Origin: a virus
Virus record (IMG/VR): IMGVR_UViG_3300032229_000533
Location: 96,001 to 160,000 of that record
DNA length: 64,000 bases
Strand: one strand, 5' to 3'
Shown here one piece after another: positions 9,211 through 19,553 of this stretch. Numbering within the stretch: position 1 is the stretch's first letter; each line of letters starts with the position of its first letter. Made by a program: the position numbers and the translations under genes. The notes beneath the pieces are model-generated. The model was not told where the DNA came from, searched no databases, and saw only the letters and a list, made by a program, of their open reading frames with translations.

Positions 9211-11036
9211 TGAATAATAATACATTACTTTATCAGGGAGTTGTACTTGATAATGAAGACCCGATGATGTTAGGTAGGGTTAGAGCCAGATTTCAAAATC
9301 CGCCATCTGACATGGGTAGTTATGATGATATTATAAAATCAATTAAAAACCCACCTTGGAATGAAGAAAAAGATAAGTGGACCCCAAGAGACCCTTTTGT
9401 TTTTACCCCGCTTATACCATACTTTATTTATCAAGTACCAAAAAACGAGGAATTAATTCAATTAATGTATCTTAACAAAGATTACAAATTCCAAAACCAA
9501 TATTACATACAAAGTAATTTTTCAACACCTACTGCAACAAAATTTGAATACAATCAAGGTAGTAATAAATTTACGGGTATGGGTACCCAGTTTGTCGCGC
9601 CAAAACCATTAAAAAATCAAGATGGTACTTACACTAATTCTGCAATTCATAAAGGTGTATTTCCAGAACCTGGTGATAATGGAGTATTAGGTCGTGGTAG
9701 TGCAGATGTTATTGTAAAAGAAAATGAAGTATTAATTAGGGCAGGTAAATTTAGAGGTACTTCCCTTGAGCCAAACGTTATTCCATCAGGAAATCCTAAA
9801 AGAGGATTTTTACAATTATCAAAATTTAATCTAACAAAAGTTAAACAACCTGATAAAATTGTTACACAACTTAACGAAGAAATTGTTTCAGTAAAACATC
9901 TAATTGAATGGGTTATTACAAATCCTGAAAATACTCAAGAAAAATTTACAGGTACTGTTTATCTTTATAGGTTAAAAAATGATTTATCTACTAACTCAAA
10001 AAATTTAACTGTTGGTAGTGCGGTCAAAGAAAATTTAAAATCATTAGTTGCTTCTGAAACTTTTAGTTTATTATCTAAATTAGAAGTTGTTGCATTTATA
10101 AATAATTTTATACAAACTTGTAATACCTCAAACACAACAAAATCAGGGATTCAATTATTTACCGACACAAATAATAAATTTCCAATTTTTTATAGACCAA
10201 ACAATTTAACATATAATATTTTAAAATCATCGGTACCGCCAGCTCCAATATACAATCAAAATTATTATTCTATTGGGTACAAAACTTTGGCTCCTATTCC
10301 TAGTGTTAATTGTAATGTTACAATACAAGTTATTGATGTTGTAAGTGCTAATGTTGTTGCAACTGGTACCGCAGACGGAAATGAAAATTTATTAGATGAA
10401 CTTTATCAAAGTGTTGTTAGTCAAGTAACAAATAGTTTAATTTCACAAAAAATAGAGAATGTATTGTTACCAACTGTTGATGAGTTAGACGGTACAACAA
10501 TAACTGCACCAACAACAATTAATACCGCAGAATCTACCGCATCATTTAGAAATGTTACGGAGATTTACAATCAAATAAAATTAAAACCAGCATTAAGAAT
10601 TCCTGGATACGGTTTAATTTATGCTCAAGATAAAGTTGGGGTTCCAACAAACTTACAATCAACAACTGTTCCACAATCAAAATCTTTTGCCGACCCAACA
10701 ACATATGGAGCATTGGCTAGTGATTACCTATACTTATTATCACATAACTCATCAATACCTGGTAAAGGTAAAATTAACTTTGATAACACTTTATATGGTA
10801 TTAATCTTGACCAATTTGTAGATGAAATACTTCCAAAAACATCAAGTTTAGTTAGAGGTGAAGAACTTTTAGAGTTAATTAATATGATTGTTAGATTTCT
10901 TACGACACACACCCATGCATACCCTGGACTACCTCCAGTGCCTGTTACACAAGATGGGTCAAACATTGCGGATATGTTAACGGAAATGCAAAATGCATAC
11001 ACAAAAATTCTTAATAGCAATATCCGACTTAATTGA
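9210..11036 (+). CDS. baseplate hub/spike protein, T4 gp5/VgrG-like
   Basis: N-terminal GVVLDNEDPMMLGRVRAR (gp5 OB fold) and C-terminal THTH metal-binding spike motif. Confidence 0.65.
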   Translation: MNNNTLLYQGVVLDNEDPMMLGRVRARFQNPPSDMGSYDDIIKSIKNPPWNEEKDKWTPRDPFVFTPLIPYFIYQVPKNEELIQLMYLNKDYKFQNQYYIQSNFSTPTATKFEYNQGSNKFTGMGTQFVAPKPLKNQDGTYTNSAIHKGVFPEPGDNGVLGRGSADVIVKENEVLIRAGKFRGTSLEPNVIPSGNPKRGFLQLSKFNLTKVKQPDKIVTQLNEEIVSVKHLIEWVITNPENTQEKFTGTVYLYRLKNDLSTNSKNLTVGSAVKENLKSLVASETFSLLSKLEVVAFINNFIQTCNTSNTTKSGIQLFTDTNNKFPIFYRPNNLTYNILKSSVPPAPIYNQNYYSIGYKTLAPIPSVNCNVTIQVIDVVSANVVATGTADGNENLLDELYQSVVSQVTNSLISQKIENVLLPTVDELDGTTITAPTTINTAESTASFRNVTEIYNQIKLKPALRIPGYGLIYAQDKVGVPTNLQSTTVPQSKSFADPTTYGALASDYLYLLSHNSSIPGKGKINFDNTLYGINLDQFVDEILPKTSSLVRGEELLELINMIVRFLTTHTHAYPGLPPVPVTQDGSNIADMLTEMQNAYTKILNSNIRLN

Positions 11037-11055
11037 TATTTATAAATAAAAAATA

Positions 11056-12576
11056 ATGTCAATTTTAAGGTCATACGTAGATAAGAACAACACAATACAA
11101 TCAAATTCATATGTTAATACGGGTAGAAATCCTATTATTGAATTGAATTTTGGTGCGTCTGATTTTATCGTTCCAAATTATGGTTATAGTAGATTACTGT
11201 TTAACTTAGATTTAAGTCTATTAAGAGAAAATATTGCATCAGGTGTAATATCAACAGGATGTACAACAGGAATGACTCACGTTCTTAGTATGACAAATAC
11301 GTCATCATTTGATAATGAGTTGTTAAACACTTTCATGTCAAATGAAAGAAGAAGAGCAACTTCATTTGATTTAATTTTATTTAGAATACCAAAGACATCA
11401 GGCAGTACAGGAAACCCTCAACCTTGGGATGAAGGTGTTGGATTTGATTATAGTGATTCTAATGTTAACCAAAATAGCCCATACGGTGGTTCTACTCCAA
11501 TAACTTATGTTGATAGTAGAGCATTCTCAACAAGACCGTCAAATTGGTACCAAACAACTACGATTAGTGGTTGGTCTCAATCAGGTGTTTATAACAACAA
11601 AAATGAAGGTTCCGTAAATTTCTCAGGTCTAACTATTGTTGCAAGACAACATTTTGAACTTGGTAATGAGAATATTAATATGGATATGACCAATGAGATA
11701 AATGGTATATTAAACGGTACTATCACAGGTGTTACAGGTTGGGGAATTGCATACTTACCACAAATTGAAAACATTACAGGTTTAACTGACAGTTATAGTG
11801 TGGCGTTCTTTTCAAGACACACTCAAACATTTTATCAACCATTCCTTCAAACAACTTATGATGATTTAATTAAGGACAATAGAAACTTATTCTTGAAGAG
11901 CCAAGAAAATAAACTTTATTTGTATGTTTATCAAAATGGTGATTATAAGAATTTAGATTCAAACCCCGTTGTTAGAATTGAGGACCGAAATGGTGACGCA
12001 GTTACTGGTATGGCAACATTATCTACTTGTTTAAGAACAAGAGGAATATATGAAGTTATAGTACCTAATGGATTTTCAGGTTCTCCAACACCATGTCAAT
12101 ATTATGATATTTGGTCAGGTTTAACAATTAATGGACAAGCTTTACCAAATGTTACCAATCAATTTACATTACAACAATATAGTTCAGGTATTCAAATAGG
12201 TTCAACTTCAAAAGAACCTGAGATATATGGATTTGATTTTTACGGTATATTACAAGATGAAAAAATACTAAATTCAGATATCAGAAAAGTTGGGGTTACA
12301 ATTAAAAAAGCTTACACTGGTCAAGTTTTATTACAAGATATTTCCGCTTTCTATAGAGTTTACGTTAGAGAAGGAACAACTGAAGTATTAGTTCAAGATT
12401 GGACTCCAATCAATAGAACACCAAACGAGTATTACTTTATGTTTGATACGAGAGATAAAATACCTAATCAATATTATGTTGATATTCAAGTGAATACTTC
12501 AGGAGAGAAAGATACTTATAAGAAACAATTAACCTTTAACATAGTAAATAAAAAACAAAATTATCCTACAATATAA
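11056..12576 (+). CDS. putative virion structural protein
   Basis: Beta-rich, T/G/N-rich 506-aa ORF; late motif TATTTATA at 11037-11044. Confidence 0.5.
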   Translation: MSILRSYVDKNNTIQSNSYVNTGRNPIIELNFGASDFIVPNYGYSRLLFNLDLSLLRENIASGVISTGCTTGMTHVLSMTNTSSFDNELLNTFMSNERRRATSFDLILFRIPKTSGSTGNPQPWDEGVGFDYSDSNVNQNSPYGGSTPITYVDSRAFSTRPSNWYQTTTISGWSQSGVYNNKNEGSVNFSGLTIVARQHFELGNENINMDMTNEINGILNGTITGVTGWGIAYLPQIENITGLTDSYSVAFFSRHTQTFYQPFLQTTYDDLIKDNRNLFLKSQENKLYLYVYQNGDYKNLDSNPVVRIEDRNGDAVTGMATLSTCLRTRGIYEVIVPNGFSGSPTPCQYYDIWSGLTINGQALPNVTNQFTLQQYSSGIQIGSTSKEPEIYGFDFYGILQDEKILNSDIRKVGVTIKKAYTGQVLLQDISAFYRVYVREGTTEVLVQDWTPINRTPNEYYFMFDTRDKIPNQYYVDIQVNTSGEKDTYKKQLTFNIVNKKQNYPTI

Positions 12577-13043
12577 TGAAAACAGTTAAATTAACAGAAT
12601 CAGATATCACAAGATTAGTTAAAAGAGTATTATCTGAGCAAGAAGTTGAACAATCAAATTACATGTTCTTTTCTAATTTAAAACAAATGAAAAGACAAAT
12701 TGAAATGATGTTAGACATGGACCCTAACATGATTGACGATATTATTCAAAATGGTCATGATTGGGCTGATGACCACATCTCAGAAGCAAAAACAAATATG
12801 GACCAAGTATTTGATTTCTTAAAAAATGAAATGGATAAGGAATCAGAATATGTGGATTATGAAGAAATGACTGAAGGTAGAAAAAAAACAGGTACAAAAC
12901 TTTGTGCTAGAGGTAAGGCAGCGGCAAAAGCTAAATTTGACGTGTATCCCTCAGCTTATGCAAATGGGTTCGCCGTTCAAGTATGTAAAGGTAGGATGCC
13001 AGGTTTAGACGGTAAAAAACATTGCTCAGGAGCGTACTGTTAA
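12576..13043 (+). CDS. hypothetical protein with KAKFDVYPSAYAN motif
   Basis: ORF; N-terminal KLTESDITRLVKRVLSE leader; basic Cys-containing C-terminal module. Confidence 0.6.
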   Translation: MKTVKLTESDITRLVKRVLSEQEVEQSNYMFFSNLKQMKRQIEMMLDMDPNMIDDIIQNGHDWADDHISEAKTNMDQVFDFLKNEMDKESEYVDYEEMTEGRKKTGTKLCARGKAAAKAKFDVYPSAYANGFAVQVCKGRMPGLDGKKHCSGAYC

Positions 13044-13113
13044 TTTTTTTAAATACGTTTTTCTTATTCAAATTTTTTGATTATCTTTGTTGTGTTATAT
13101 TAATCCAACAAAA

Positions 13114-13515
13114 ATGAATTCACATCTACACAAACTAAGACGACTAATCCAAAAATGGTATATCTCATTAGTAAGAATGACAACTCCTCATATTGAGAAA
13201 TCTGAATACGAAAGAGACTGTATTGCAATTTGTAAAAAACTAATTTCAAAAGAAGACACGGTACTTTTACTCACCCCAATTTCCCACAAACGTTATATTA
13301 GAAATGAAGAATTACAAATCTTTGTGATTCTTGAAGGTCATACTGTTAAAGTTATTAACCACGTATATTCTTACACTGTATTTTTAGAACAAAAAGAGTG
13401 GGATAACGTTATTCATTACTTTGATAATGAAGTAGAAAAACGTAGAGAAGAATTTGAAAAAGAAATCACTTCAAATATTAAGCATTCACTACAAAACATT
13501 TTACAGAATATCTAA
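13114..13515 (+). CDS. hypothetical protein (early-type promoter)
   Basis: ATG at 13114 downstream of TATCTTTG (13082-13089). Confidence 0.55.
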   Translation: MNSHLHKLRRLIQKWYISLVRMTTPHIEKSEYERDCIAICKKLISKEDTVLLLTPISHKRYIRNEELQIFVILEGHTVKVINHVYSYTVFLEQKEWDNVIHYFDNEVEKRREEFEKEITSNIKHSLQNILQNI

Positions 13516-13850
13516 TGAAGAAAAATAATTCATTTAAGACGACATTCTACTTGGGGTTAACTATATTACTAATTATTGGGTCAGTAGTATCCTTAATTGT
13601 AGTTAACGTATTTAATGTTTTAACCACTAAATTTGCTAAGGATAAAGATAAAGTTGAAATTTATATTGATAATGTTACACCTGAAAAAGAAATTATTCAC
13701 GATACAGTATATATTGACAAACCTACTGTTAAAATTAATAACACTCTTAAGGATGTTACCACTGTAACTCCAAAAAGTTTACCTGTAACACAAAGTGAAA
13801 AGGATACCGATAATGTAACTAAATCAATAATTACGGATACGATTAAATAG
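13515..13850 (+). CDS. single-pass membrane protein
   Basis: Hydrophobic segment FYLGLTILLIIGSVVSLIVVNVF; DTV/DTI motifs. Confidence 0.55.
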   Translation: MKKNNSFKTTFYLGLTILLIIGSVVSLIVVNVFNVLTTKFAKDKDKVEIYIDNVTPEKEIIHDTVYIDKPTVKINNTLKDVTTVTPKSLPVTQSEKDTDNVTKSIITDTIK

Positions 13851-14535
13851 AATTTTTGTATTCGTTAAGTATTGTTGTAATTGTATCTCTTAACGATTCA
13901 TTTTTAGGTTTGTATGATACCATAGTTGGCTTGTTACCTTTACCAACTTTAGGGTCTTTTTTCTCTTCTCTTCTTTTTTGAGAACATGCTGATTTTTTTT
14001 GAGCATCTGTCATTTTGGATGCAACACCTGCGGCTCTACATTTAGGATAACCTTTAGAATCTGCTTCAGGTCTACCACACGGTGGATGACCACCACCTTC
14101 TTTTTTTCTACATATATTAACCCAAGGACCTTTTGGTTGTTTTGAACCTTTTGGTTTTTTCTTTGTTCCAAACCAAACTGCCAAATCTTCTTTTAATGGA
14201 CCTACAGCTTGTTGTATAATTTTTTCGGGGTCTTCAACATCACCAAGAACACTACCTTCATCATCATTTTGCCCTGTATAAAAACTTTTCAAATAAGCAT
14301 CTACCTGAGATATTCTATCAGTTCTTCTTTCAATACGGGCTCTTTCTTCAGGAGTTTCTTTAAAATCACCGTCAGCTTCTTCATAGGCTAACTCAGCGTT
14401 ATCATAATTATAAACATCAATAGTGAAAGGGGCAACTTGTTTGTCAGTCCAAGGTTGTGGTGAAAGCACAATTGGAACTTTGAAATGTCCTGCATTTCCT
14501 GAACCAGTTGCTTCACTTATTCTATTTTTTTTCAT
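13843..14535 (-). CDS. hypothetical late protein with basic Cys-containing domain
   Basis: ORF; WVNICR...PCGR...YPKCR motif; upstream TATTTATA. Confidence 0.6.
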   Translation of the reverse strand: MKKNRISEATGSGNAGHFKVPIVLSPQPWTDKQVAPFTIDVYNYDNAELAYEEADGDFKETPEERARIERRTDRISQVDAYLKSFYTGQNDDEGSVLGDVEDPEKIIQQAVGPLKEDLAVWFGTKKKPKGSKQPKGPWVNICRKKEGGGHPPCGRPEADSKGYPKCRAAGVASKMTDAQKKSACSQKRREEKKDPKVGKGNKPTMVSYKPKNESLRDTITTILNEYKNSI

Positions 14536-14568
14536 ATACTTATACTATAAATATACGGATAATACATT

Positions 14569-14775
14569 ATGGAACAACAAAAACAACCAATATTATTTCT
14601 ATTTGAAGATGTTGCAATATACAAACCTGAAGACATTGATAATTTGATAGATTCCCTAACTGAAGAACAAGCAAAATTTATGTTGATAAGGGCGGTTCAA
14701 ATGGCTTATAAGAATGGATTATATTCTTTAACTGAATCAGAACTTGTTTCAAAATCGCTTAGAATTTTAAAATAA
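14569..14775 (+). CDS. hypothetical protein
   Basis: 68-aa ORF ending at a bidirectional terminator. Confidence 0.5.
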   Translation: MEQQKQPILFLFEDVAIYKPEDIDNLIDSLTEEQAKFMLIRAVQMAYKNGLYSLTESELVSKSLRILK

Positions 14776-14803
14776 AAAAAGGAGTCTCACGGGACTCCTT
14801 TTT
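14774..14803. terminator. bidirectional intrinsic terminator
   Basis: GGAGTC/GACTCC stem flanked by A- and T-tracts between convergent genes. Confidence 0.75.
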
Positions 14804-14805
14804 AT

Positions 14806-15528
14806 TTATAACTTATTTCCGCAAGACGGACAAAATTTATATTTTGATTTTGTCTTGGTACCACACTCAGTACAATAATGTTTAATGTCATCTGTAGTTT
14901 TATTTTTAATACCTAATGGTAATATCTTGAAAATAATTTGACGAGATGCATTATATTCAAAATTTTGATACGAATTAATAAATTGTTGTTTTGATTTACC
15001 ACCTTTTTCAACCCTACCTGTTTCAATAGTATTACTAACGGATGAAGTGTTAGAATAATATGACATTGGAGCAGAATTTGATGTTGTAAATGTCATATCA
15101 CCATAGTACGGTGAACCTGTATGGATTGTGGTATTTACGTTACCTCCTAATGTTAAACCATAATTTGGTTGATAAGTTTGTTCGTTATAGAACTCAATTC
15201 TAACATCCCCGTTTAAATCAATTGCCGTCCTGTTTGCCGACGTATCTTTTACTTCGTAGGTACTGAACTCAAACTTGTTGTTAGTGTCAAGGAAACGTTC
15301 TAAAAACACTCTCTGACCTGGTTTAATAACAACACCACCTGTTGAGATGTATTCACCATTCAATTTAATTTTACAGAGAACAGATTTTTGTGTTGGGTTA
15401 TGAATTTCAAATTCAAAATTATCCTTATCTCCAAGGAAAACGGTGTTACCGTTGTAGACTTTAAGACGCGACTTTTTCTTTGTGATGTGAGCAGTCGGTT
15501 TACCCACGTTTGTTGTTGTGTAATACAT
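14806..15528 (-). CDS. hypothetical protein with C-terminal zinc ribbon
   Basis: CTECG...CPSCG at the C-terminus. Confidence 0.65.
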   Translation of the reverse strand: MYYTTTNVGKPTAHITKKKSRLKVYNGNTVFLGDKDNFEFEIHNPTQKSVLCKIKLNGEYISTGGVVIKPGQRVFLERFLDTNNKFEFSTYEVKDTSANRTAIDLNGDVRIEFYNEQTYQPNYGLTLGGNVNTTIHTGSPYYGDMTFTTSNSAPMSYYSNTSSVSNTIETGRVEKGGKSKQQFINSYQNFEYNASRQIIFKILPLGIKNKTTDDIKHYCTECGTKTKSKYKFCPSCGNKL

Positions 15529-15539
15529 TTTCTTTAATT

Positions 15540-15625
15540 TTATAATAGTTAATGACTATGTTACCAATACCTTCGTGTCCGTGAATACTCAACAGCTTGT
15601 TAGGGCTGGGGACTGATAAACTAAA
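15540..15625 (-). ncRNA. candidate structured 5'UTR / cis-regulatory RNA
   Basis: GC-rich island in a ~100-nt leader with nested GTCC/GGAC and CAGC/GCTG helices and an ATAGT/ACTAT hairpin. Confidence 0.4.
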
Positions 15626-15665
15626 ATCTAAAAATAAATATAATCAATTTGAGATTTTGGTAAAC

Positions 15666-15698
15666 AAAAAAAGGGAGACAATTTCTTGTCTCCCTTTT
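15666..15698 (-). terminator. intrinsic terminator after major capsid gene
   Basis: GGGAGACA/TGTCTCCC 8-bp stem with U-tract on the minus strand. Confidence 0.85.
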
Positions 15699-15719
15699 GG
15701 TATCTAAATAAGATATTGA

Positions 15720-17525
15720 TTATCTCAATTCTCTTAAGTCGAATGTTCTAACACCATCAACTGTGATACGTCCGTAGAATCTGTTATTCACCATTTTCTT
15801 AGCGTATCTAGTCATGATACCTTTGATTGGTGTAAAGTTGAACGGATTGTACATAGTTGGAGTTAATTGTAGAGGTACGTACGGTGCGTAGATGTAACCT
15901 GTGTCTAACAATGATGTTCCTTTGTGTCCCATTAACACTTGGTTAGGTGGGAAGTAAGGGTCACGGTAAACTTGGTAACGACCTGCTAATGTACCAACTC
16001 TTTCAATACCCATGTTGTATTGGTCTTGCTCAGGAGCTGCATTTGATACGTGGAAATATTCCAAGTCATCAAAGATTGCACTGATTTCAGAAGAAACAAC
16101 AATCCAGTTTGCTCCACCTCTTAATGTAGATTTGTGGATTTGTGCTGAAATTTGGTTGATTGCTGTGATTAAAGTTTGGTTCCAATCTTTTTGAGTGTAA
16201 GGAACTGCACTTGAACCAAGACGTTTCCAACCATTGTAGTCCCATCTTAAGTTCCAAGCTGCACCTTTACGTAAATCTCTTAAGATTTCACGGTCGATTT
16301 CAGCCGCAACTTGTTCAGATAATAAAGCTGTTAATTCAGCTTCAGCATCAATGTTGTGGAACGCTGCAACGTCTTGAGCCATTTCTGGAGACCATTGAGC
16401 TCTTAATTTTCTTTCAGTTACAGAAACTGTTACTGACATAAGGTCAAACGATACCTCACCGATTCTATCTTCAAACTCTAAGTTTTTGTAGATTCTGTAA
16501 GTTCCCGTAAATGCTGCGTTACTTGCAGTTGTTGAAGAGAATGTTGAACCTGTGTAACCGTCCATAGAACCACCACAAGTGATACATACTGGAACTTGTA
16601 AGTCAACTTCTAAGTAGATTTTACCTTCAGCGTCACATAAGTTGTCATATTGACCACCATCAGTTTTACTGTTAGGGAATACTAACGTAGCGTTGTTGTT
16701 ACCGTATTGTACAATACCTTTACCGTATCTTTGAGTTACAACTCTGAATAAGTAAGGATTACTTGCGTTTGCCGCAGTTGTTGGGTTACCAGCAACTCCG
16801 TAGATAGTTAAATCAGATAAGAAAGCTTCGTTATCCATTGGTTGACCATCAGGACCGATTAATTTACCAGCTCCATCAGATGCAAAACCTGACATAACAA
16901 CTAATACTTTTCTGTAATCAGAAGTAGTATAAGCTGAAGGTACTAAATTGTCATCTAACCAAGCAACAGTAACAACTGGTGCAGTGATTGCTGAATATTG
17001 TCCTTTAGAATAGTCAAATAAACCTGGTGGGTCTAATGCTGGTTCGTTACCTTCGTAGAATCTATCGTAAAGGTCTTTAGTGTTGTTGTAATCGTAACCA
17101 CTGTTTGGAGTTTGGTCCGAAGCTGCGTTTGGTGAACCATACGGTGCATAGTGAATACCTGTATTCGCTAAGTTAGTTGGGTCAGTGTACGCTTGGATGT
17201 TAGGTACAAAGTAGAATAATTTACCAATAGGTAAGTTCATAGCTTGTACTGATACGATGTCATTCGCTAATAATTTAGAGAATACACGTCTAACAATTGG
17301 GAAAACTACTGTTTCAAATGCACCTGTATCAGATGTAGATGATGCTTCATTGATTAAGAATGATGCTTGGTTTTCGTATAATTGTGCTACGTTTTCTCTC
17401 ATGTGACCTTTAAGACCTTCTAAAAAGCCTAATTTGTCCCATTTGTTGATTGTGTCTTCTTTGATAACTTTAAGGTGTTTTAAACCGATATTACCAACAA
17501 GACCTGATTCTAATAATGCTCCCAT
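15720..17525 (-). CDS. major capsid protein (T4 gp23-like)
   Basis: TERKLRAQWSPEMAQDVAAFHNIDAEAELTALLSEQVAAEIDREI, YAPYVPL and GIMTRY motifs. Confidence 0.95.
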   Translation of the reverse strand: MGALLESGLVGNIGLKHLKVIKEDTINKWDKLGFLEGLKGHMRENVAQLYENQASFLINEASSTSDTGAFETVVFPIVRRVFSKLLANDIVSVQAMNLPIGKLFYFVPNIQAYTDPTNLANTGIHYAPYGSPNAASDQTPNSGYDYNNTKDLYDRFYEGNEPALDPPGLFDYSKGQYSAITAPVVTVAWLDDNLVPSAYTTSDYRKVLVVMSGFASDGAGKLIGPDGQPMDNEAFLSDLTIYGVAGNPTTAANASNPYLFRVVTQRYGKGIVQYGNNNATLVFPNSKTDGGQYDNLCDAEGKIYLEVDLQVPVCITCGGSMDGYTGSTFSSTTASNAAFTGTYRIYKNLEFEDRIGEVSFDLMSVTVSVTERKLRAQWSPEMAQDVAAFHNIDAEAELTALLSEQVAAEIDREILRDLRKGAAWNLRWDYNGWKRLGSSAVPYTQKDWNQTLITAINQISAQIHKSTLRGGANWIVVSSEISAIFDDLEYFHVSNAAPEQDQYNMGIERVGTLAGRYQVYRDPYFPPNQVLMGHKGTSLLDTGYIYAPYVPLQLTPTMYNPFNFTPIKGIMTRYAKKMVNNRFYGRITVDGVRTFDLRELR

Positions 17526-17569
17526 TTTAGTATTTGTTTTTGTTTTTAGTTTATTTTAATTTTATTTTT

Positions 17570-19132
17570 TTACCCTAATTTACCCATTAAATCTTTCATT
17601 CTTAAGAACTGAGGATTTTCATAAGTTTTTGATTCAATTAGAGTAGTTGATGAACCTGTAGTTACTGTTTTATTTAATTTTGCACTTACCGACTCATTAA
17701 TTGATTTTGTTTCTACCTTAGATAATTCGTCTTTGATTGACTTATAAAGATTTTTAGATTCTTTTAAAGTTTCAACATCGTCAAATCTTCTTAGGATGTT
17801 TATTTTTTCTTTCTTAGTAGTTGAGTGTTCTGTGAACAATCTTGTAGCATAAGCTAAATTTGAATTGAAGATTGCAACTTCATTAAGTTTTTCTCTAAAA
17901 ACATTTAATGCTTTTCTGTACTCTTCATTCTTTTCTCTCAACATTCTAACTTCTTCTTGAGTAGATTCAACTTTAACACCACCTTTACCATAAACATAGT
18001 TTCTGTTATTAGTGATACCTTTTCTTAATCCTCTACCTTCTTTAGACCCCATGCCGTATGTTCTAGCAGCTTCTTTGGTTTCTTCTTTTTCAAACGCTTT
18101 TTCTCCTTTAGAATTTGACATACCTTTTTTAGTAGTGTAATCTTCTTTACCTTTCATGGTTTTAGATTTATCACCTCTATTCATTCCGTAATCGCCTTCT
18201 TTAGTTTCAGTTTTAACAACTTTAGACTTACCTTCCATGTTAGCACCTTTTTTGTAATCAAATTTTGCTTTACCCGTACCAACAGATTTAGGACCTTGTT
18301 TCATGTCTTCTTTAAATCCACCTGTTGTTTTCTTGTAATCAAATTTAGGTTTACCCATACCAACACCTTTAGGTTTGATGTTTTCATTAGTTAAATCTTC
18401 CATGTCATCTTCTTCCATCATTTCAGAATCCTCTTCATCCATCATTTCAGAATCATCTTCTTCCATCATTTCAGAATCCTCTTCATCCATCATTTCAGAA
18501 TCGTCATCTAATGTAATTTCGTAAACAACTTCTTCGTCTTCTTCAGACATATCTTCAGAATCCACATCTGACATATTTCCACTAAAAATAGCGTCAATAA
18601 CATCATCAACTGACTCATCAAATTCTCCATCATCATACATCATATCATCTTCCATCATGTCATCAGACATCATATCATCTTCCATCATGTCGTCTTCTGA
18701 TTCACCAAGCTTAACAAGATATTCTACATCAGCATTGTCGTCAGATAAATGAACATTCTCACCGTCTTTTTTAACAATGATTCCGTCATCTTCACCCATC
18801 GCTTTGAATACTTTCAAAATTTCTTCGTCAGAAGCGTCAGTTAAATCAATTGGAGTTTCGTCTGAATCCATACCAAAGTCCATGTCCATATCTTCATCAT
18901 CTGAATCAACGTCCATGTCTAAGTCTACTTCATCATTATCAGCGGACATATCCATGTCAGCATCTAATTCAACCTCATCTTCGTCAGATTGCTCGGAAAG
19001 AGATTCTTTTACTAGTTGATTGATTTCTTCCTTCATAGTAGAAGCAAGTATTCCTTTTGCGTTTTCGGCTATAGCTTCTTCAACTTGTTTCATTTGAATA
19101 AGAGCCTCTTGAACTAATTTGTTTTCTTTCAT
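17570..19132 (-). CDS. prohead scaffolding/core protein (gp22-like)
   Basis: Very acidic repeat-rich protein with coiled-coil C-terminus, between protease and capsid genes. Confidence 0.75.
   Translation of the reverse strand: MKENKLVQEALIQMKQVEEAIAENAKGILASTMKEEINQLVKESLSEQSDEDEVELDADMDMSADNDEVDLDMDVDSDDEDMDMDFGMDSDETPIDLTDASDEEILKVFKAMGEDDGIIVKKDGENVHLSDDNADVEYLVKLGESEDDMMEDDMMSDDMMEDDMMYDDGEFDESVDDVIDAIFSGNMSDVDSEDMSEEDEEVVYEITLDDDSEMMDEEDSEMMEEDDSEMMDEEDSEMMEEDDMEDLTNENIKPKGVGMGKPKFDYKKTTGGFKEDMKQGPKSVGTGKAKFDYKKGANMEGKSKVVKTETKEGDYGMNRGDKSKTMKGKEDYTTKKGMSNSKGEKAFEKEETKEAARTYGMGSKEGRGLRKGITNNRNYVYGKGGVKVESTQEEVRMLREKNEEYRKALNVFREKLNEVAIFNSNLAYATRLFTEHSTTKKEKINILRRFDDVETLKESKNLYKSIKDELSKVETKSINESVSAKLNKTVTTGSSTTLIESKTYENPQFLRMKDLMGKLG
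18405..18700 (-). repeat. coding tandem repeats (EDDSEMMDEEDSEMM; MMEDDMM)
   Basis: ~24-nt period repeats of tccatcatttcagaatc inside the scaffold gene. Confidence 0.85.
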
Positions 19133-19280
19133 ATAGAAAATCTATTTATTTTAACTAATAAATATTACCAAAAAACAAAAAATATCATTTTTGATTGATA
19201 TATCTTTTATTTTTCAATACTTTATGATTATTAATCTTGCGGAAATGCAATATTGTATCAACATATAAATATGTACAAGC

Positions 19281-19310
19281 AAAAAAAAAGTGGTCAAAAT
19301 TGACCACTTT
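19281..19310 (-). terminator. intrinsic terminator
   Basis: AGTGGTCAA/TTGACCACT stem with minus-strand U-tract; late promoter motif at 19264-19271 immediately downstream. Confidence 0.7.
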
Positions 19311-19335
19311 AATTTAATTAGCTTATTTTAACCAA

Positions 19336-19545
19336 TTATTCAATAACTTCATCTATTTTACTTTCAGACACTGAAGTGATTCTCCAATCATGAGTAAACC
19401 CTTCATATTTTGCCGTAACCTTTGCTTCTACATCGGTAACAGAATATCCTCTTACAAGTTTCTCTTCTCTGATTTTTTTAATTTTACCACTGTTTTCGTC
19501 AGGTAAATCATACTGAACTTTTGCTACAAAAAATTTTTCTTCCAT
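19336..19545 (-). CDS. hypothetical protein
   Basis: 69-aa ORF in the head module. Confidence 0.6.
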   Translation of the reverse strand: MEEKFFVAKVQYDLPDENSGKIKKIREEKLVRGYSVTDVEAKVTAKYEGFTHDWRITSVSESKIDEVIE

Positions 19546-19553
19546 AATTAATT

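Noticed and set aside
15541-15625. Twister or pistol ribozyme (GTCCCCAGCCCTAA resembles their cores)
   Set aside because: The twister P4 stem does not pair and the pistol pseudoknot partner TTAGGG is absent on the same strand.
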